This document shows positions 31,209 through 43,029 of a stretch of 64,000 nt of DNA, in pieces. How positions within the stretch are numbered: the stretch's first letter is position 1; each line of letters opens with the position of its first letter. The notes under the pieces were generated by a model that was not told where the DNA came from, did not search any database, and was given only the letters and a program-made list of their open reading frames with translations. The stretch comes from Halodesulfovibrio sp. Its GTDB lineage: Bacteria; Desulfobacterota; Desulfovibrionia; Desulfovibrionales; Desulfovibrionaceae. The translations under genes were made by a program, and so were the position numbers. The stretch is taken from assembly GCA_003252375.1 (NCBI GenBank), contig QKEJ01000111.1:594-64593 (forward strand), given 5' to 3'.

Positions 31209-33230
31209 GTGCTAAGCAGCAGAAAAGCCAGAAACCCGCGCGTCAGAGCGGCAAAGACCATGAAGGCGTCCTCCCACGCTCCCCTCGGGGGCAGGGATTG
31301 GGGACGCTTTCGTCTTGCGTGCGTGGGGGGGCTGTTCTGCCTTGTCTGGTGCGCCCTGTGGGGACGCGCTTTTTACGTCCAGATGTACCGTGGTCCCGAG
31401 TTCGCCTCCATGGCCAAGCGCCAGCATCAGGCCACGGAGCTGGTGACGGGGCGTCGGGGGGCCATTCTGGACCGGAACGGTCAGATTCTGGCCCGCAGTG
31501 TGGCCAGCAAGTCCGTGTTCGTGCGTCCGGTGGAGGTGGAAGGGGCCGTGGAAGTGGCCAACCTGCTGTCTTCCTCGCTGGGTATTCCCGTGCGCGACGT
31601 GCGTCGCAAGCTGGCCGAGCATCGCCAGTTTTCCTGGATTGCCCGCAAGATCGGCGACAGGGCCGCAGCCACCATCAAGGAGGCCAGACTGCCCGGCGTG
31701 TTTCTGACCACGGAATACAGCAGGCTCTATCCCAACCGGCAGCTTGCCGGCCGCCTGCTCGGGTTTGTGGGCATGGACGACAAGGGCCTGGAAGGGCTGG
31801 AAAACACGCAGGATGCAAAGCTCAGCGGGCAGGATTCCAAATATCTTGTGCAGCGCGATGCAGCCGGGCGGCGGCTCTACCTGAACGGCGCGGAGCGTGA
31901 TGCCTCCATTGACGGCGACGATATCCGCCTGACCCTTGATTCGCAGATACAGTTTTTTGCCGAGGAGGCTCTTGCCGAATCCGTGGCGGCCAACGATGCC
32001 CGCTGGGGCGGCGCACTCATGGTGGATGTGCAGAGTGGTGATATTCTCGCCTGGGCGGAATATCCCCCCTTCAATCCCAACACTTATGGGCACTACAAGC
32101 CCGGGCAGTGGCGGAACCGCATCGCCACCGACGCCCTCGAGATGGGCTCCACCATCAAGCCCTTCCTCATTGCCGCAGCGCTGGAAGAGGGCAAGATCAC
32201 GCCGGACAGCCTCTACTTCTGCGAGAACGGCAAGTGGCAGCTGCATGATGTGCGCATCAAGGACACCCACAAGTATGAATGGCTGCCCGTGGACAAGGTG
32301 CTGCGGTATTCGAGCAACATCGGTTCCGCCAAGATCGGATTGGAGCTCGGCGCAACAACGTTTTACGACTATCTGACCCGCCTCGGTTTTGGTGAAAAGA
32401 CCGGGGCCCCCCTGCGTGGCGAAAGCTACGGCATCCTGCGCCCCGCCCAGAAGTGGCGGGAGGTGGATCTGGCCAACGCCTCGTTCGGGCAGGGATTTTC
32501 GGCCACCATGCTGCAACTGGCGCAGGCGTATGTATGCCTGGCCAACATGGGGGTGCGCAAGCCGCTGCGCCTGCTGCTGGATGAACAGCCCGGTCCCGCA
32601 GGGGAACGTGTCTTTTCGGAGGCGACCAGTCGCGCGGTGCTCTCCATGCTTCGCGGTGTGGTGGAAGAAGACGGGACCGGCACGGCCGCCCGCATTCCCG
32701 GCATCAGCGTGGGCGGCAAGACCGGCACGGCCCAGAAGGCCAGTGCCCAGGGCGGATATGGGGACAAATATACCGGGTCGTTCGTGGGGCTCATTCCCGC
32801 AGAGGCGCCCCGGTACGTGCTGCTGGTTGTTGTAGATGAGCCCGAGAAGAGCCACTACGGCAGCACGGTAGCCGCACCGGCATTCCGTCAGATCGCCATG
32901 CGTTCCATGGCGTACATGGGCACGCTGCCCGATATCGGCCCGGACGGTGTCGCTGTTGCCGCTGCCGGTTCGCTGATTCGCAACAGGCGCCCCGGTCCTT
33001 CCGAGGTGCGTCTGGATGTGTCGCATGCGGCGCCGACCGACAGCAATCTCATTCCCGATGTGCGCGGCAAGTCGCTTCGTCATGCCGTGGAGGCGTTTGC
33101 CCGCAAGGGCATCATCCCCACGGTGCGTGGAAACGGCTGCTACGTGAAGAAACAGAGCCCCACTCCCGGCGGTCCGTGGGCCACGGACGGGGGCAAGCAA
33201 TATGTACTCTGGCTTTCGGAGCGTTCATAA
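31209..33230 (+). CDS. ftsI: class B penicillin-binding protein FtsI (PBP3) with C-terminal PASTA-like domain
   Basis: RGAILDRNG, GLEGLE, STIK (SxxK), SSN, KTGT; C-terminal IPDVRGKSLR..VKKQSP. Confidence 0.93.
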   Translation: MLSSRKARNPRVRAAKTMKASSHAPLGGRDWGRFRLACVGGLFCLVWCALWGRAFYVQMYRGPEFASMAKRQHQATELVTGRRGAILDRNGQILARSVASKSVFVRPVEVEGAVEVANLLSSSLGIPVRDVRRKLAEHRQFSWIARKIGDRAAATIKEARLPGVFLTTEYSRLYPNRQLAGRLLGFVGMDDKGLEGLENTQDAKLSGQDSKYLVQRDAAGRRLYLNGAERDASIDGDDIRLTLDSQIQFFAEEALAESVAANDARWGGALMVDVQSGDILAWAEYPPFNPNTYGHYKPGQWRNRIATDALEMGSTIKPFLIAAALEEGKITPDSLYFCENGKWQLHDVRIKDTHKYEWLPVDKVLRYSSNIGSAKIGLELGATTFYDYLTRLGFGEKTGAPLRGESYGILRPAQKWREVDLANASFGQGFSATMLQLAQAYVCLANMGVRKPLRLLLDEQPGPAGERVFSEATSRAVLSMLRGVVEEDGTGTAARIPGISVGGKTGTAQKASAQGGYGDKYTGSFVGLIPAEAPRYVLLVVVDEPEKSHYGSTVAAPAFRQIAMRSMAYMGTLPDIGPDGVAVAAAGSLIRNRRPGPSEVRLDVSHAAPTDSNLIPDVRGKSLRHAVEAFARKGIIPTVRGNGCYVKKQSPTPGGPWATDGGKQYVLWLSERS

Positions 33231-33231
33231 G

Positions 33232-34680
33232 ATGGCAAAGATTATTCAGTTGGAACAGCTCGTCGAGCAGGTTCGTACAGGTCTGATCGGCCTGCATACG
33301 GACTCCCGCAAGGTCATGCCCGGTGATGTGTTTGTCGCCGTGCCCGGCACGACCGTAGACGGGGGCGACTTCATTCCCGATGCCCTGGGCAAGGGAGCCG
33401 GCTACGTGCTTTGTCGCGAGCGCAGCCTGCCGGTAGCCGCCGGTGATGCGTGGTACGTGCTGCATGAAGAGCCGCAGGTGGCGCTGGGCATTCTGGCCGC
33501 CGCAAAGTTCAACACGGCAACACTGCCCTTCCCCCTGGTGGGCGTCACGGGCACCAACGGCAAGACCACGGTCACCTACCTGCTCGAGCACCTCTTCAAC
33601 ATGGCCGGAAAGCGTGCCGGTGTTGTCGGCACCGTGACGAACCGCTGGCCCGGCACGGAACTGGAATCAAAACTGACCACGCCCGACTGCCTGAAACTGC
33701 ATTCGCTCTTTTCCCGCATGGCCGCCGCACAGGTGGACGCCGCCTTCATGGAAGTCTCCTCCCATGCCCTGGACCAGAACCGTGCCGCCGGGCTGGAATT
33801 TTCCGGAGCCATCCTGACCAATCTCACGCAGGACCATCTGGACTACCACGGGGACATGGAAACCTATTTTGCGGCCAAGGCACGGCTCTTCACTACGGTT
33901 CCCATGCAGGGAAAGGCCTGTGTGATCAACGTGGATGATCCCTACGGCCGCCGTCTGCTCCCGCAGGTTGCCAACGGTCTCGGCTTTACGCTGCACGATC
34001 AGGTTGTTGAAGGTTGTCGCGTGCTGCGCGGGGAGATTCTGGCCTGCACCGTGGACGGACTGCATCTGCGCATGACCCTTGATGGCGAGAGCTGGGAAAT
34101 CACCTCACCCATGGTGGGACATCACAATGCCTCCAATCTGCTTGCCGTGCAGGCCATGGGACGTTCCCTTGGGCTCTCCGCCGCCGACATGCGCGGACTG
34201 GAAGATTTCAACGGGGTTCCGGGACGGCTCGAACGTGTGCCCAACGACAAGGGCATCCATGCCTTTGTTGATTATGCCCATACCCCGGATGCGCTGGAGA
34301 ACGTCCTCTCCGCCCTGCGCAGGGTGGGGTTTGAACGCATTATCACCGTATTTGGCTGCGGCGGCGACCGTGACCGCCGCAAGCGGCCGCTGATGGCCGA
34401 AGCCGTATGCCGTCATACGGATGTGGCGGTGCTGACCTCCGACAATCCGCGAACCGAGGATCCGCTGGCCATCCTGCAGGACGTGAAGCCCGGTCTGAAG
34501 GACTGCGCGCACGTGCTCATCGATGCGGACCGCCGGAACGGCATTGCCATGGCTGTTGCCGAGGCTCGTCCCGGCGACTGCATTCTCGTGGCAGGCAAGG
34601 GGCATGAAGACTACCAGATCATCGGCACCGAGAAGCATCCCTTCAGTGATCAGGCCGTGCTCAAGGAGTTGTTCGGGTGA
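33232..34680 (+). CDS. murE: UDP-MurNAc-tripeptide synthetase (meso-DAP ligase)
   Basis: GVTGTNGKTT, MEVSSHALDQ, DYAHTPD, DNPR (DAP-specific motif), AGKGHE. Confidence 0.96.
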   Translation: MAKIIQLEQLVEQVRTGLIGLHTDSRKVMPGDVFVAVPGTTVDGGDFIPDALGKGAGYVLCRERSLPVAAGDAWYVLHEEPQVALGILAAAKFNTATLPFPLVGVTGTNGKTTVTYLLEHLFNMAGKRAGVVGTVTNRWPGTELESKLTTPDCLKLHSLFSRMAAAQVDAAFMEVSSHALDQNRAAGLEFSGAILTNLTQDHLDYHGDMETYFAAKARLFTTVPMQGKACVINVDDPYGRRLLPQVANGLGFTLHDQVVEGCRVLRGEILACTVDGLHLRMTLDGESWEITSPMVGHHNASNLLAVQAMGRSLGLSAADMRGLEDFNGVPGRLERVPNDKGIHAFVDYAHTPDALENVLSALRRVGFERIITVFGCGGDRDRRKRPLMAEAVCRHTDVAVLTSDNPRTEDPLAILQDVKPGLKDCAHVLIDADRRNGIAMAVAEARPGDCILVAGKGHEDYQIIGTEKHPFSDQAVLKELFG

Positions 34681-36110
34681 AACTGACGCTTGATGCCATA
34701 CAGAACGCCATGGGCGCCATAGGCTTCCTCGGGGACGCCGGTGATGTTGTGCCCGCAGGCGTGCAGACCGATACCCGTGTCCTGAAAAAGGGCGAGCTTT
34801 TCTTCTGCATTTCCGGTGAGCGGTTCGACGGGCACACCTTTGCCCGGACCGCTGTGGAAAAGGGGGCCTGTGCCGTGGTGGCGGAGCGTCCTCCCTTCTC
34901 CATGGACGAGATGTGCACCATGGAGTGCGCCGAAGGCGGAGTGCCTCTGCTCATGGTGCGCAATTCCGTCGAGGCGCTGGGTAAGCTGGCGGCCTACCAC
35001 CGCCAGATGGCCAAGGCGGTCGTGGTGGGCGTTACCGGTACCGCGGGCAAGACCACGGTCAAGGAAGTGCTTTCACAGGTGCTCTCCGTTCGGGGCGAAA
35101 CCGCCCGTAACCACCTGAACCTGAACAACCAGATCGGTCTGCCCATTTCCATGCTGGCGGCCAGTGGTGACGAACGGTTCTGGGTTATGGAGGCGGGCAT
35201 CAGCGAACCGCAGGACATGGACGAACTGGCCGGCGTGCTGCGGCCCGACCTTGCCCTCGTGCTCAATGTGGGCAGTGGACATACCCAGGGGCTCGGCGAC
35301 AAGGGCGTGGCCTACTACAAGGCCCGCATGCTCAATTATGTCGCCAAGGGCGGCGTTGGTCTGGTCAGCGGCGATTATCCGGAACTCGTGCGCGAGGCCA
35401 AACGAAATTTCAAGGATGTGCGGTTCTTCAGCGTGCAGGATCCTTCGGTTCCGTACAGCGCAGCCTATGTGGGGCCTGAATCGGCAACCAGCGGCCGGTA
35501 TGCCGTCAATCTGGATGGCAAGGCCTTTGAACTGGTCGCTCCGTTCCGTGGGGCCTTTGCTGCGGAAAACGTCATTGCCATCGCTGCTGCCGCAGACATT
35601 CTGGGCCTGAAGTCCGATGAAATCATCAGGGGGTTTGCCGATGCCCGGCTGCCCGAAAAGCGCTTCTGCTGTCAGCAGCGGGGACGCTGGCTGGTCATAG
35701 ACGACAGCTACAACGCCAACCCACTTTCCAGCGCCCGCATGCTGGAAACCGCCACGGAAATGGCAGGGAGCGAGGCGCTCATGCTGGTCATGGGGGAAAT
35801 GCGCGAGCTCGGTCATGAGGCTGAGGACGCGCATGTCCAACTGGGACGCAACATGGCGCGGACAGGGGCTGCTGTCATGTTCTGGGTTGGGGGACACGGT
35901 GCCGACGTCCGGCGGGGGCTTGCCGAAGCCGGATGGCAGGGGGAGCTGTGCGAGGTCGAAACGCCTGAGGCGTTCGTGAACCGGTTTGCAGATATGACGC
36001 TGCGCTCCGGGACCGTTCTCTTCAAGGGCTCGCGCGGCAACAGACTGGAACGGTTGGTTGAAGCATTTTGTGCCGAGCCCTGCAGAATGGAGAATTCCGA
36101 TGCTGTATAA
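34677..36110 (+). CDS. murF: UDP-MurNAc-pentapeptide synthetase
   Basis: [44 protein letters not shown]. Confidence 0.95.
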   Translation: MKLTLDAIQNAMGAIGFLGDAGDVVPAGVQTDTRVLKKGELFFCISGERFDGHTFARTAVEKGACAVVAERPPFSMDEMCTMECAEGGVPLLMVRNSVEALGKLAAYHRQMAKAVVVGVTGTAGKTTVKEVLSQVLSVRGETARNHLNLNNQIGLPISMLAASGDERFWVMEAGISEPQDMDELAGVLRPDLALVLNVGSGHTQGLGDKGVAYYKARMLNYVAKGGVGLVSGDYPELVREAKRNFKDVRFFSVQDPSVPYSAAYVGPESATSGRYAVNLDGKAFELVAPFRGAFAAENVIAIAAAADILGLKSDEIIRGFADARLPEKRFCCQQRGRWLVIDDSYNANPLSSARMLETATEMAGSEALMLVMGEMRELGHEAEDAHVQLGRNMARTGAAVMFWVGGHGADVRRGLAEAGWQGELCEVETPEAFVNRFADMTLRSGTVLFKGSRGNRLERLVEAFCAEPCRMENSDAV

Positions 36111-37176
36111 TATCCTCTACCCCCTGAGCAACGACATCAGCTTCCTGAATGTCTTCCGCTACATAACATTTCGTTCCGTGTGGGCGCTGGTGACGGCCCT
36201 GTTGCTGTCCATTCTGCTCGGCCCACGGTTCATTGCCTGGCTGCAGCGCATCAAGTGCGGCCAGTACATTCAGGAAGAAGTTTCCTGCCACAGCAGCAAG
36301 GCGGGCACGCCCACCATGGGGGGGCTGCTCATCGGCTTCTCCATGCTGACCAGCTCGCTTCTGTGGTGCGACCTAACCAACACCTATGTCTGGCTGACCA
36401 TGTTCGTGTTTGCCGGGTTCGGATTGGTAGGGTTCCTTGACGATTTTTCCAAGCTGCGCCGCAAGCGCAACAAGGGCCTGTCCGCACGGGCCAAGTTTCT
36501 GTGGCAGATGGGTATCGCCGCGGTGGTCATGTACGTTCTGGTGCAGGATCCCGCCTACTCCACCCAGCTTGCCGTTCCCTTCTTCAAGAACATCAGCCCT
36601 GATCTGGGCTGGTTTTACATTCCTTTCGCCATGCTCGTCATGGTCGGGTCTTCCAACGGGGTAAACCTGACGGACGGCATGGACGGGCTGGCCATCGGGC
36701 CCACCATCATTGCGGGCATCGTATTCGCGGTCTTTGTGTACGTGGCGGGGCATGCGCAGATGGCCGCCTACCTGCAGGTGCCTCCGGTGCCGGGCGTAGG
36801 CGAGGTCACCGTCATCTGCGGTGCGCTCATCGGCGCGGGCATGGGGTTCCTCTGGTTCAATGCCTACCCGGCACAGGTCTTCATGGGCGATGTGGGCAGC
36901 CTGTCCCTCGGCGGCACCCTCGGATTCGTGGCGGTGCTGTGCAAGCAGGAGCTCATTCTGCTGGTGGCAGGCGGGCTTTTCGTGGTGGAAACCCTCTCGG
37001 TCATTCTGCAGGTCGGCTACTTCAAGTTCAGCGGCGGCAAGCGCATCTTCCGCATGGCCCCGTTGCATCATCACTTTGAGCTCAAGGGGATTCCCGAGTC
37101 CAAGGTGATCATCCGGTTCTGGATAACCTCCGCACTGCTCGGGCTTGTGGCCCTGAGCGTGCTCAAGCTTCGCTAG
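36100..37176 (+). CDS. mraY: phospho-MurNAc-pentapeptide transferase
   Basis: [43 protein letters not shown]. Confidence 0.97.
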   Translation: MLYNILYPLSNDISFLNVFRYITFRSVWALVTALLLSILLGPRFIAWLQRIKCGQYIQEEVSCHSSKAGTPTMGGLLIGFSMLTSSLLWCDLTNTYVWLTMFVFAGFGLVGFLDDFSKLRRKRNKGLSARAKFLWQMGIAAVVMYVLVQDPAYSTQLAVPFFKNISPDLGWFYIPFAMLVMVGSSNGVNLTDGMDGLAIGPTIIAGIVFAVFVYVAGHAQMAAYLQVPPVPGVGEVTVICGALIGAGMGFLWFNAYPAQVFMGDVGSLSLGGTLGFVAVLCKQELILLVAGGLFVVETLSVILQVGYFKFSGGKRIFRMAPLHHHFELKGIPESKVIIRFWITSALLGLVALSVLKLR

Positions 37177-37183
37177 GTCGGGG

Positions 37184-38500
37184 ATGGGATCGATGACATT
37201 GCACTGCACAGATAGCCCCGTTACCCCCGGCATGCGCGCCGTGGTGGTCGGCACCGGAAATTCCGGGCAGGCCGCCGCCGAGCTGCTGCATGCGCTGGGT
37301 GCTACGGTGCGTGTGGTGGACCGGGACGAGCGTAAAGTGCCCGACAGTTTCCGTGCGGTTATCGATACGCACGGGCTCGAGACGGCGTTTGGCGAGCATG
37401 CGGCCGAGCAGTTTGCCGGTGCGCAGCTCGTGGTGCCAAGTCCGGGTGTTCCCGTTCTCAAGATCAGGGAATTCCTGCCGGCGGACGCCGTGGTCATGGC
37501 CGAAACAGAACTGGCCTGGCACTGCGTACGCCATATTCCCGTATTGGCGGTGACGGGCACCAACGGCAAAACCACCACGGTGCGCCTGTGCGCCAAAATG
37601 CTTGAGGACGCGGGCAAGCGGGTCTTTCTGGGAGGCAACATCGGCACCCCGCTGAGTCGCTTTGTGCTGGATGGCGGCGAGGCCGACGTTCTGGTGCTGG
37701 AGCTTTCCAGCTTCCAGTTGCAGACCTGTTCGGCGCTGCGCCCCAAGGTGGGGGTGATCACCAACATCACCGTTGACCATCTCGACTACCATCGCGACAT
37801 GCAGGAATACACCGACGCCAAGATGCGTCTCTTTGCCCGGCAGACCTTCGAGGACAAGGCCATCTTCGGCCCGGGGCTCGAGGATTTACCCTACAGGTAT
37901 GACCTGAAGGCGGAAGCCTATTTCTTCGAGGACGGCGACCGTTTCCCCGATGCCCTGCTCAAGGGAGGCCACAACCGGCTGAATATGGAAGCCGCATTCC
38001 TCGCCTGCTCCGTTTTCGGCGTGACCGAGGCGCAGGCCGCCTCCACCCTGCGTACGTTTGCCGCCGCCGAGCATACTCTGGAGTCCGTGGGGACCGTGCG
38101 CGGCGTGCTGTTTGTGAACGACACCAAGGCAACCACCGTGGACGCCGTGCGTGCTGCGCTGGAAACCTTTGATGCTCCCATTCTGCTGCTTGCCGGCGGA
38201 GTCTACAAGGGGGGCGATCTTGCCCTGCTGCGCGACCTTGTCGCCCGCAAGGTGCGGGCCGTGGGGCTGTACGGCGGCAGCCGTGAAAAGTTCGAGGCTG
38301 CCTGGGCGGGCGCAACGGAAATTTCCTATGACAAAACCATGGAGGCTGCTGCTCGCCGTCTGATGGGCGTTTCCCGGCAGGGAGACGTGTTGCTGCTGGC
38401 GCCGGCAACCTCCAGCTTTGACCAGTATGCCAACTACAGGGCGAGGGGCGAGGACATGCGCCGCATCCACGCCCTGCTTGCCGCCGAGGAAGCAGCATGA
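37184..38500 (+). CDS. murD: UDP-MurNAc-L-Ala:D-Glu ligase
   Basis: SPGVP, TGTNGKTT, GGNIG, ELSSFQL, DHLDYH, NDTKAT. Confidence 0.95.
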   Translation: MGSMTLHCTDSPVTPGMRAVVVGTGNSGQAAAELLHALGATVRVVDRDERKVPDSFRAVIDTHGLETAFGEHAAEQFAGAQLVVPSPGVPVLKIREFLPADAVVMAETELAWHCVRHIPVLAVTGTNGKTTTVRLCAKMLEDAGKRVFLGGNIGTPLSRFVLDGGEADVLVLELSSFQLQTCSALRPKVGVITNITVDHLDYHRDMQEYTDAKMRLFARQTFEDKAIFGPGLEDLPYRYDLKAEAYFFEDGDRFPDALLKGGHNRLNMEAAFLACSVFGVTEAQAASTLRTFAAAEHTLESVGTVRGVLFVNDTKATTVDAVRAALETFDAPILLLAGGVYKGGDLALLRDLVARKVRAVGLYGGSREKFEAAWAGATEISYDKTMEAAARRLMGVSRQGDVLLLAPATSSFDQYANYRARGEDMRRIHALLAAEEAA

Positions 38501-39612
38501 GCCCGTTGAAGAAATCCGCACAAGGCATCGATCTGGTGCTGCTTGCCGCCGCACTGTGCCTGGTGGCCTTCGGGCTGACCATGGTGCTGAGCGCAAGCGG
38601 CATCATGGCGGAGAAGTTCTACGGCGACAAGTACCACTTCTTTCAGCGGCAGCTCGGATTTGCCTTTGCAGGCGGTCTGCTGATGATGGGCGTGGGATCC
38701 ATACCCCGGCGCATGATCAACGGGGCGCATTACTGGGGCATCGGTGTTGCGCTGTTCCTCATTCTGGTGACACTCACCCCGCTGGGGGTCAATATCAACG
38801 GAGCACGGCGCTGGATCCGCTTCTTCGGTACCTTTGCCATCCAGCCCATGGAGTTCGCCAAGGTGGCGCTGGTGCTCTACCTTGCCTATTTCTTCAGCGT
38901 GAAGCAGGAGCTGGTCCGTACCTTTTCCAAGGGGGTCATTCCTCCGTTTGCGGTGACGGGCTTGTTTTGCCTGCTGCTGCTCTGTCAGCCCGACTTCGGT
39001 GCTGCGGCCGTGCTCTCCATGCTGCTCTTCTTCATGTGCCTCGTGGGTGGCACACGGCTGACCTATCTGGCTGCCTCGGCCATGTTGGCCGGCGGGGCCG
39101 GGTGGCTGCTCATCGTGCGCTCCACGTATCGGTCGCGCCGTCTGCTCGCCTTTCTTGATCCCTTCAAGGATGCACAGGATACGGGCTACCAGCTGGTACA
39201 GTCCCTCTTCGCCATGGGATCGGGCGGACTTGCCGGGCAGGGGCTCGGTGCGGGCAAGCAGAAACTGTTCTTCCTGCCCGAAGCACATAACGACTTTATC
39301 ATGGCCGTGGTGGGCGAGGAGCTCGGGTTCATCGGCATGTCCCTGTTCTTCATCGTCATGGGGGTGTTCCTGTGGCGGGCCTTTCTGGTGGCCTACCGAC
39401 AGGACGACCTGCGCGACCGGCTTACGGCTTTCGGGATTGCTCTCGTGCTCACACTGGGCGCGGTGCTCAATCTGGCCGTGGTCATGGGGGCGGCTCCGCC
39501 CAAGGGGGTTGCCATGCCCTTCATGAGCTACGGCGGCAGCAGCCTGCTGGGTACCTGCCTGTGCGTGGGGCTGTTGCTCAACTATTCCAGAACGACCGGG
39601 GAGAGGGCCTAG
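38497..39612 (+). CDS. ftsW: SEDS peptidoglycan polymerase FtsW
   Basis: [42 protein letters not shown]. Confidence 0.95.
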   Translation: MSPLKKSAQGIDLVLLAAALCLVAFGLTMVLSASGIMAEKFYGDKYHFFQRQLGFAFAGGLLMMGVGSIPRRMINGAHYWGIGVALFLILVTLTPLGVNINGARRWIRFFGTFAIQPMEFAKVALVLYLAYFFSVKQELVRTFSKGVIPPFAVTGLFCLLLLCQPDFGAAAVLSMLLFFMCLVGGTRLTYLAASAMLAGGAGWLLIVRSTYRSRRLLAFLDPFKDAQDTGYQLVQSLFAMGSGGLAGQGLGAGKQKLFFLPEAHNDFIMAVVGEELGFIGMSLFFIVMGVFLWRAFLVAYRQDDLRDRLTAFGIALVLTLGAVLNLAVVMGAAPPKGVAMPFMSYGGSSLLGTCLCVGLLLNYSRTTGERA

Positions 39613-39613
39613 C

Positions 39614-40741
39614 ATGAAGCGTGTCATTCTGACGACCGGCGGGACCGGCGGACACATCTTCCCGGCACTGGCCGTGGCCGAGGAGCTCCGGAGTCGTTTC
39701 CCGGACATCGAATTTCTGTTCATCGGAGGGCAGTACGGGCCGGAGCGCGAAATCGTGACCCGGGCGGGCATTCCCTTTGAGGGACTTCCGGTGCGCGGGG
39801 TGCTGGGGCGCGGATTCCGTGCCGTTGGGGCCGTGTTTGGCTTAGGCATATCCACGCTGCGGGCCATGGGGATCATCGGCTCCTTTGCGCCGGACGCCAT
39901 TATCGGCTTCGGCGGTTATGCGGCCTTTGCGGCATGCATGGCGGGCAAGCTGCGGGAAAAGCCCGTGGCCGTGCACGAGCAGAACAGCGTGCCGGGCATG
40001 GCCAACAAGCTGCTCGGCAAGATCGTGGACCGGGTCTTTATTTCCATGCCTGATCCGCAGGAGAATTTTTTGCCCCGCAAGACCGTGCTGACCGGCAACC
40101 CGGTGCGCAGCAACATTCGTGCGTTGCGGTCCGCTGCCAAGACCGACCCCTCCGTCAGACGGCTGCTTGTGGTTGGTGGCAGCCTTGGTGCCCGTGCCGT
40201 GAACAACGCGGTCATCGCCATGCTGCCTGCCCTGCGCGATGCCGGAATCGTGGTGCATCACCAGACCGGAAAGACCGAGGCGGAGGCAGTGCGTGCGGCC
40301 TATGCACAGGCTGGCATGGAAGGATGCATTGTGGAGCCCTTTATCGACGACATGGCCGCAGCCTATGCGGCGGCTGATCTGGTGCTGTGCCGCGCCGGAG
40401 CAACCACGGTGGCGGAGCTGACTGTTGCGGGCAAGCCTGCCGTGTTTGTCCCCTTCCCGCATGCCACTCACAACCATCAGGTGCACAACGCCCGGTTTCT
40501 GGAACGGCAGGGCGCGGCGCTGGTTGTGGAGGAATCGCAGCTCAGGGGCGAAGGGGCGGACCGTGTTGATCTGGCCGCGCTCGTGGTGGGGCTGGTGAAG
40601 GACGATGCCCGACTGGGCTCGATGGCCGCGGCGTCCCGGAAGCAGGGATGGCCCGAGGCGGCAGCCAATGTGGCCAGTGGCCTGATGGATATCACCCGCA
40701 AGGCACCGCTTGAATCGCTGGTGACCGACGCGGAAAAGTAG
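39614..40741 (+). CDS. murG: lipid II GlcNAc transferase
   Basis: [41 protein letters not shown]. Confidence 0.96.
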   Translation: MKRVILTTGGTGGHIFPALAVAEELRSRFPDIEFLFIGGQYGPEREIVTRAGIPFEGLPVRGVLGRGFRAVGAVFGLGISTLRAMGIIGSFAPDAIIGFGGYAAFAACMAGKLREKPVAVHEQNSVPGMANKLLGKIVDRVFISMPDPQENFLPRKTVLTGNPVRSNIRALRSAAKTDPSVRRLLVVGGSLGARAVNNAVIAMLPALRDAGIVVHHQTGKTEAEAVRAAYAQAGMEGCIVEPFIDDMAAAYAAADLVLCRAGATTVAELTVAGKPAVFVPFPHATHNHQVHNARFLERQGAALVVEESQLRGEGADRVDLAALVVGLVKDDARLGSMAAASRKQGWPEAAANVASGLMDITRKAPLESLVTDAEK

Positions 40742-40748
40742 GTGCGTG

Positions 40749-42119
40749 ATGATCAAGATACGCAAGATTCACATGGTAGGCATTGGCGGTTCCGGCATGA
40801 GCGGCATCGCAGAGGTGCTTCTGAACCTCGGGTACGAAGTGGCCGGATCCGACATTTCCGATGGCCCGGTGGTGCGCCGTCTCAAGAATCTGGGAGCCGA
40901 GATCTTCATCGGCCACGGAACGGACAACGTGACCGACGCGCAGGTGCTGGTGCGTTCCTCCGCCGTGAAGGACGACAACCCCGAAGTTGTTGCCGCCAAG
41001 GCGAAGAAGATTCCCATCATCCCCCGCGCCGAAATGCTGGCGGAACTGATGCGCCTGCGTACCGGCATCGCCATTGCGGGCACCCACGGCAAGACCACGA
41101 CCACCTCGTTGACGGCAGCCATCTTTGACGCCGCGCAGACGGACCCGACGGTCATCATCGGCGGCCGGCTCAACGCCTACGGGGCCAACGCCCGGTTGGG
41201 CGAGGGGGAATACCTCATTGCCGAGGCGGACGAGTCGGACGGCTCCTTCCTGTGTCTGTTGCCCATCATGACCGTGGTGACCAACGTGGACCGTGACCAC
41301 ATGGATTTTTACAGCGACCAGCAGGCCATTGACGATGCCTTTGTCCAGTTCATGAACAACGTGCCCTTCTATGGCGCGAATATCGTGTGCGGAGATGACG
41401 CAGGCGTGCGCAGGCTGCTGCCGCGCGTGAAGCGTCCCGTGATCACCTACGGCTTCGGCAAGGAAAACGATATCCGGGCCGAGGTCGTCTCCTGCGCCGA
41501 GACCAGCCATTTCCGGGTGGTCGTTCAGAATCGGGACATCGGTGAGGTGCATCTATCGCAGCCGGGCCGCCACAATATCCTGAACGCTCTCGGCGCAGTC
41601 GGCGTGTCTCTTGAAGTGGGCATCGAGCCTGAAGCGTGTATCGAGGGCCTCTCCGGCTTTACCGGCGTGGGGCGGCGGTTCGAGCGCAAGGGTGAGCGCA
41701 ATGGCGTGTTGGTGGTGGACGACTACGGTCACCATCCGGCCGAAATTACCGCAACCCTGCAGACGGCGCGGCAGTGCTTTCCTGCGCGCCGGCTGGTTGT
41801 GGCCTTCCAGCCGCATCGCTTCAGCCGCACGCAGGCCCTGTTCGGTGAGTTCTGCAAGGCCTTTGAAGGCGTGGACAAGCTGTTGCTGACGGAAATCTAT
41901 CCCGCCTCAGAGGCGCCCATTCCCGGTGTGAGCGGGCAGAGTCTGGCGCAGGGGATCAGGCAGGTTTCCAATACCGACGTCATGTACTGCCAGGATTTTC
42001 AGGCCGTGAGCGATGCCCTGCCGGAAGTCCTGCAGCCGGGTGACCTGTTCATCACCCTGGGCGCAGGCAATATCTGGACAGTGGGGCAGAAGTATCTGGA
42101 CGGAGAAGAGGGAGCGTAG
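40749..42119 (+). CDS. murC: UDP-MurNAc:L-Ala ligase
   Basis: [39 protein letters not shown]. Confidence 0.97.
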   Translation: MIKIRKIHMVGIGGSGMSGIAEVLLNLGYEVAGSDISDGPVVRRLKNLGAEIFIGHGTDNVTDAQVLVRSSAVKDDNPEVVAAKAKKIPIIPRAEMLAELMRLRTGIAIAGTHGKTTTTSLTAAIFDAAQTDPTVIIGGRLNAYGANARLGEGEYLIAEADESDGSFLCLLPIMTVVTNVDRDHMDFYSDQQAIDDAFVQFMNNVPFYGANIVCGDDAGVRRLLPRVKRPVITYGFGKENDIRAEVVSCAETSHFRVVVQNRDIGEVHLSQPGRHNILNALGAVGVSLEVGIEPEACIEGLSGFTGVGRRFERKGERNGVLVVDDYGHHPAEITATLQTARQCFPARRLVVAFQPHRFSRTQALFGEFCKAFEGVDKLLLTEIYPASEAPIPGVSGQSLAQGIRQVSNTDVMYCQDFQAVSDALPEVLQPGDLFITLGAGNIWTVGQKYLDGEEGA

Positions 42120-42123
42120 GCGC

Positions 42124-43029
42124 ATGGCATTGGCAATTCTGCACGGCCCCGCCCTGAGGGAACGAACCACGCTCCGGCTGGGCGGTACCGCCATGGCCGA
42201 AGTGGTGCTCGGCACTGCAGAAGATTGCGAAGCGCTCCCCGACGCCCTGAAGCGGCTGGGCGGTCGTCCGCTGATTCTCGGATACGGGAGTAACATCCTT
42301 GCTGCAGATGGCCAGCTGCCGTTGGTCGTGGTCACCCCGGCCATGCAGGAAGCGCCGACCGTGGTCGGGGAGGATGCGCGCGGCGTGCTGGTGCATGTGG
42401 GAGCAGGATTCCGATTGCCCCGACTGCTCGGATGGCTGTGTTCGCACGGGCTTTCCGGTCTTGAAGGATTGGCCGGCATTCCCGGTACCGTGGGAGGCGC
42501 GGTGGCCATGAACGCGGGGTCCTACGGGTGTGAAACGGGAGAACGCATCGATCGTGTAACGCTCTTTGATCCGCAGCACGGCGTGCGCACGCTGGAACGC
42601 AGGGGGCTGCAGTTCTCGTACCGGCATTTCGGCGTTCTCGCCGATGCGGGTGGGGAAGAGGCTCCCGAGTATGCCATCGTGACCGGTGCCGTGTTCCGTG
42701 TTGGTGTGGCCAGCAGGGATGTAGTGCATGGAAAAATGCAGGAATGCTACAGAAAGAAGAAAGCCACGCAGCCGGTAACGTCATATAGTGCCGGATGTGT
42801 ATTTAAAAATCCGGCGCATAATCTGAGTGCCGGTAAGATTCTTGATGATAATGGCTTCAAGGGAAAGAGGCATGGTGACATGATGTTTTCAGAAATGCAT
42901 GCCAACTTTCTCATAAACAGAGGTAATGGGACCAGTGAGCAGGCAGAATATTTGATTCAAAATGCTCAGGAAACGATCCATAGGATAACAGATTTATCTC
43001 TTGAACTGGAAGTTAAAATTATCAAATGA
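42124..43029 (+). CDS. murB: UDP-N-acetylenolpyruvoylglucosamine reductase
   Basis: GYGSNIL, GLEGLAGIPGTVGGAVAMNAG, FSYR, SAGCVFKNP, HANFLIN, LELEV. Confidence 0.95.
   Translation: MALAILHGPALRERTTLRLGGTAMAEVVLGTAEDCEALPDALKRLGGRPLILGYGSNILAADGQLPLVVVTPAMQEAPTVVGEDARGVLVHVGAGFRLPRLLGWLCSHGLSGLEGLAGIPGTVGGAVAMNAGSYGCETGERIDRVTLFDPQHGVRTLERRGLQFSYRHFGVLADAGGEEAPEYAIVTGAVFRVGVASRDVVHGKMQECYRKKKATQPVTSYSAGCVFKNPAHNLSAGKILDDNGFKGKRHGDMMFSEMHANFLINRGNGTSEQAEYLIQNAQETIHRITDLSLELEVKIIK

Noticed and set aside
33040-33230. PASTA-like domain on FtsI as a novelty
   Set aside because: PASTA domains on division PBPs are well known outside enterobacteria
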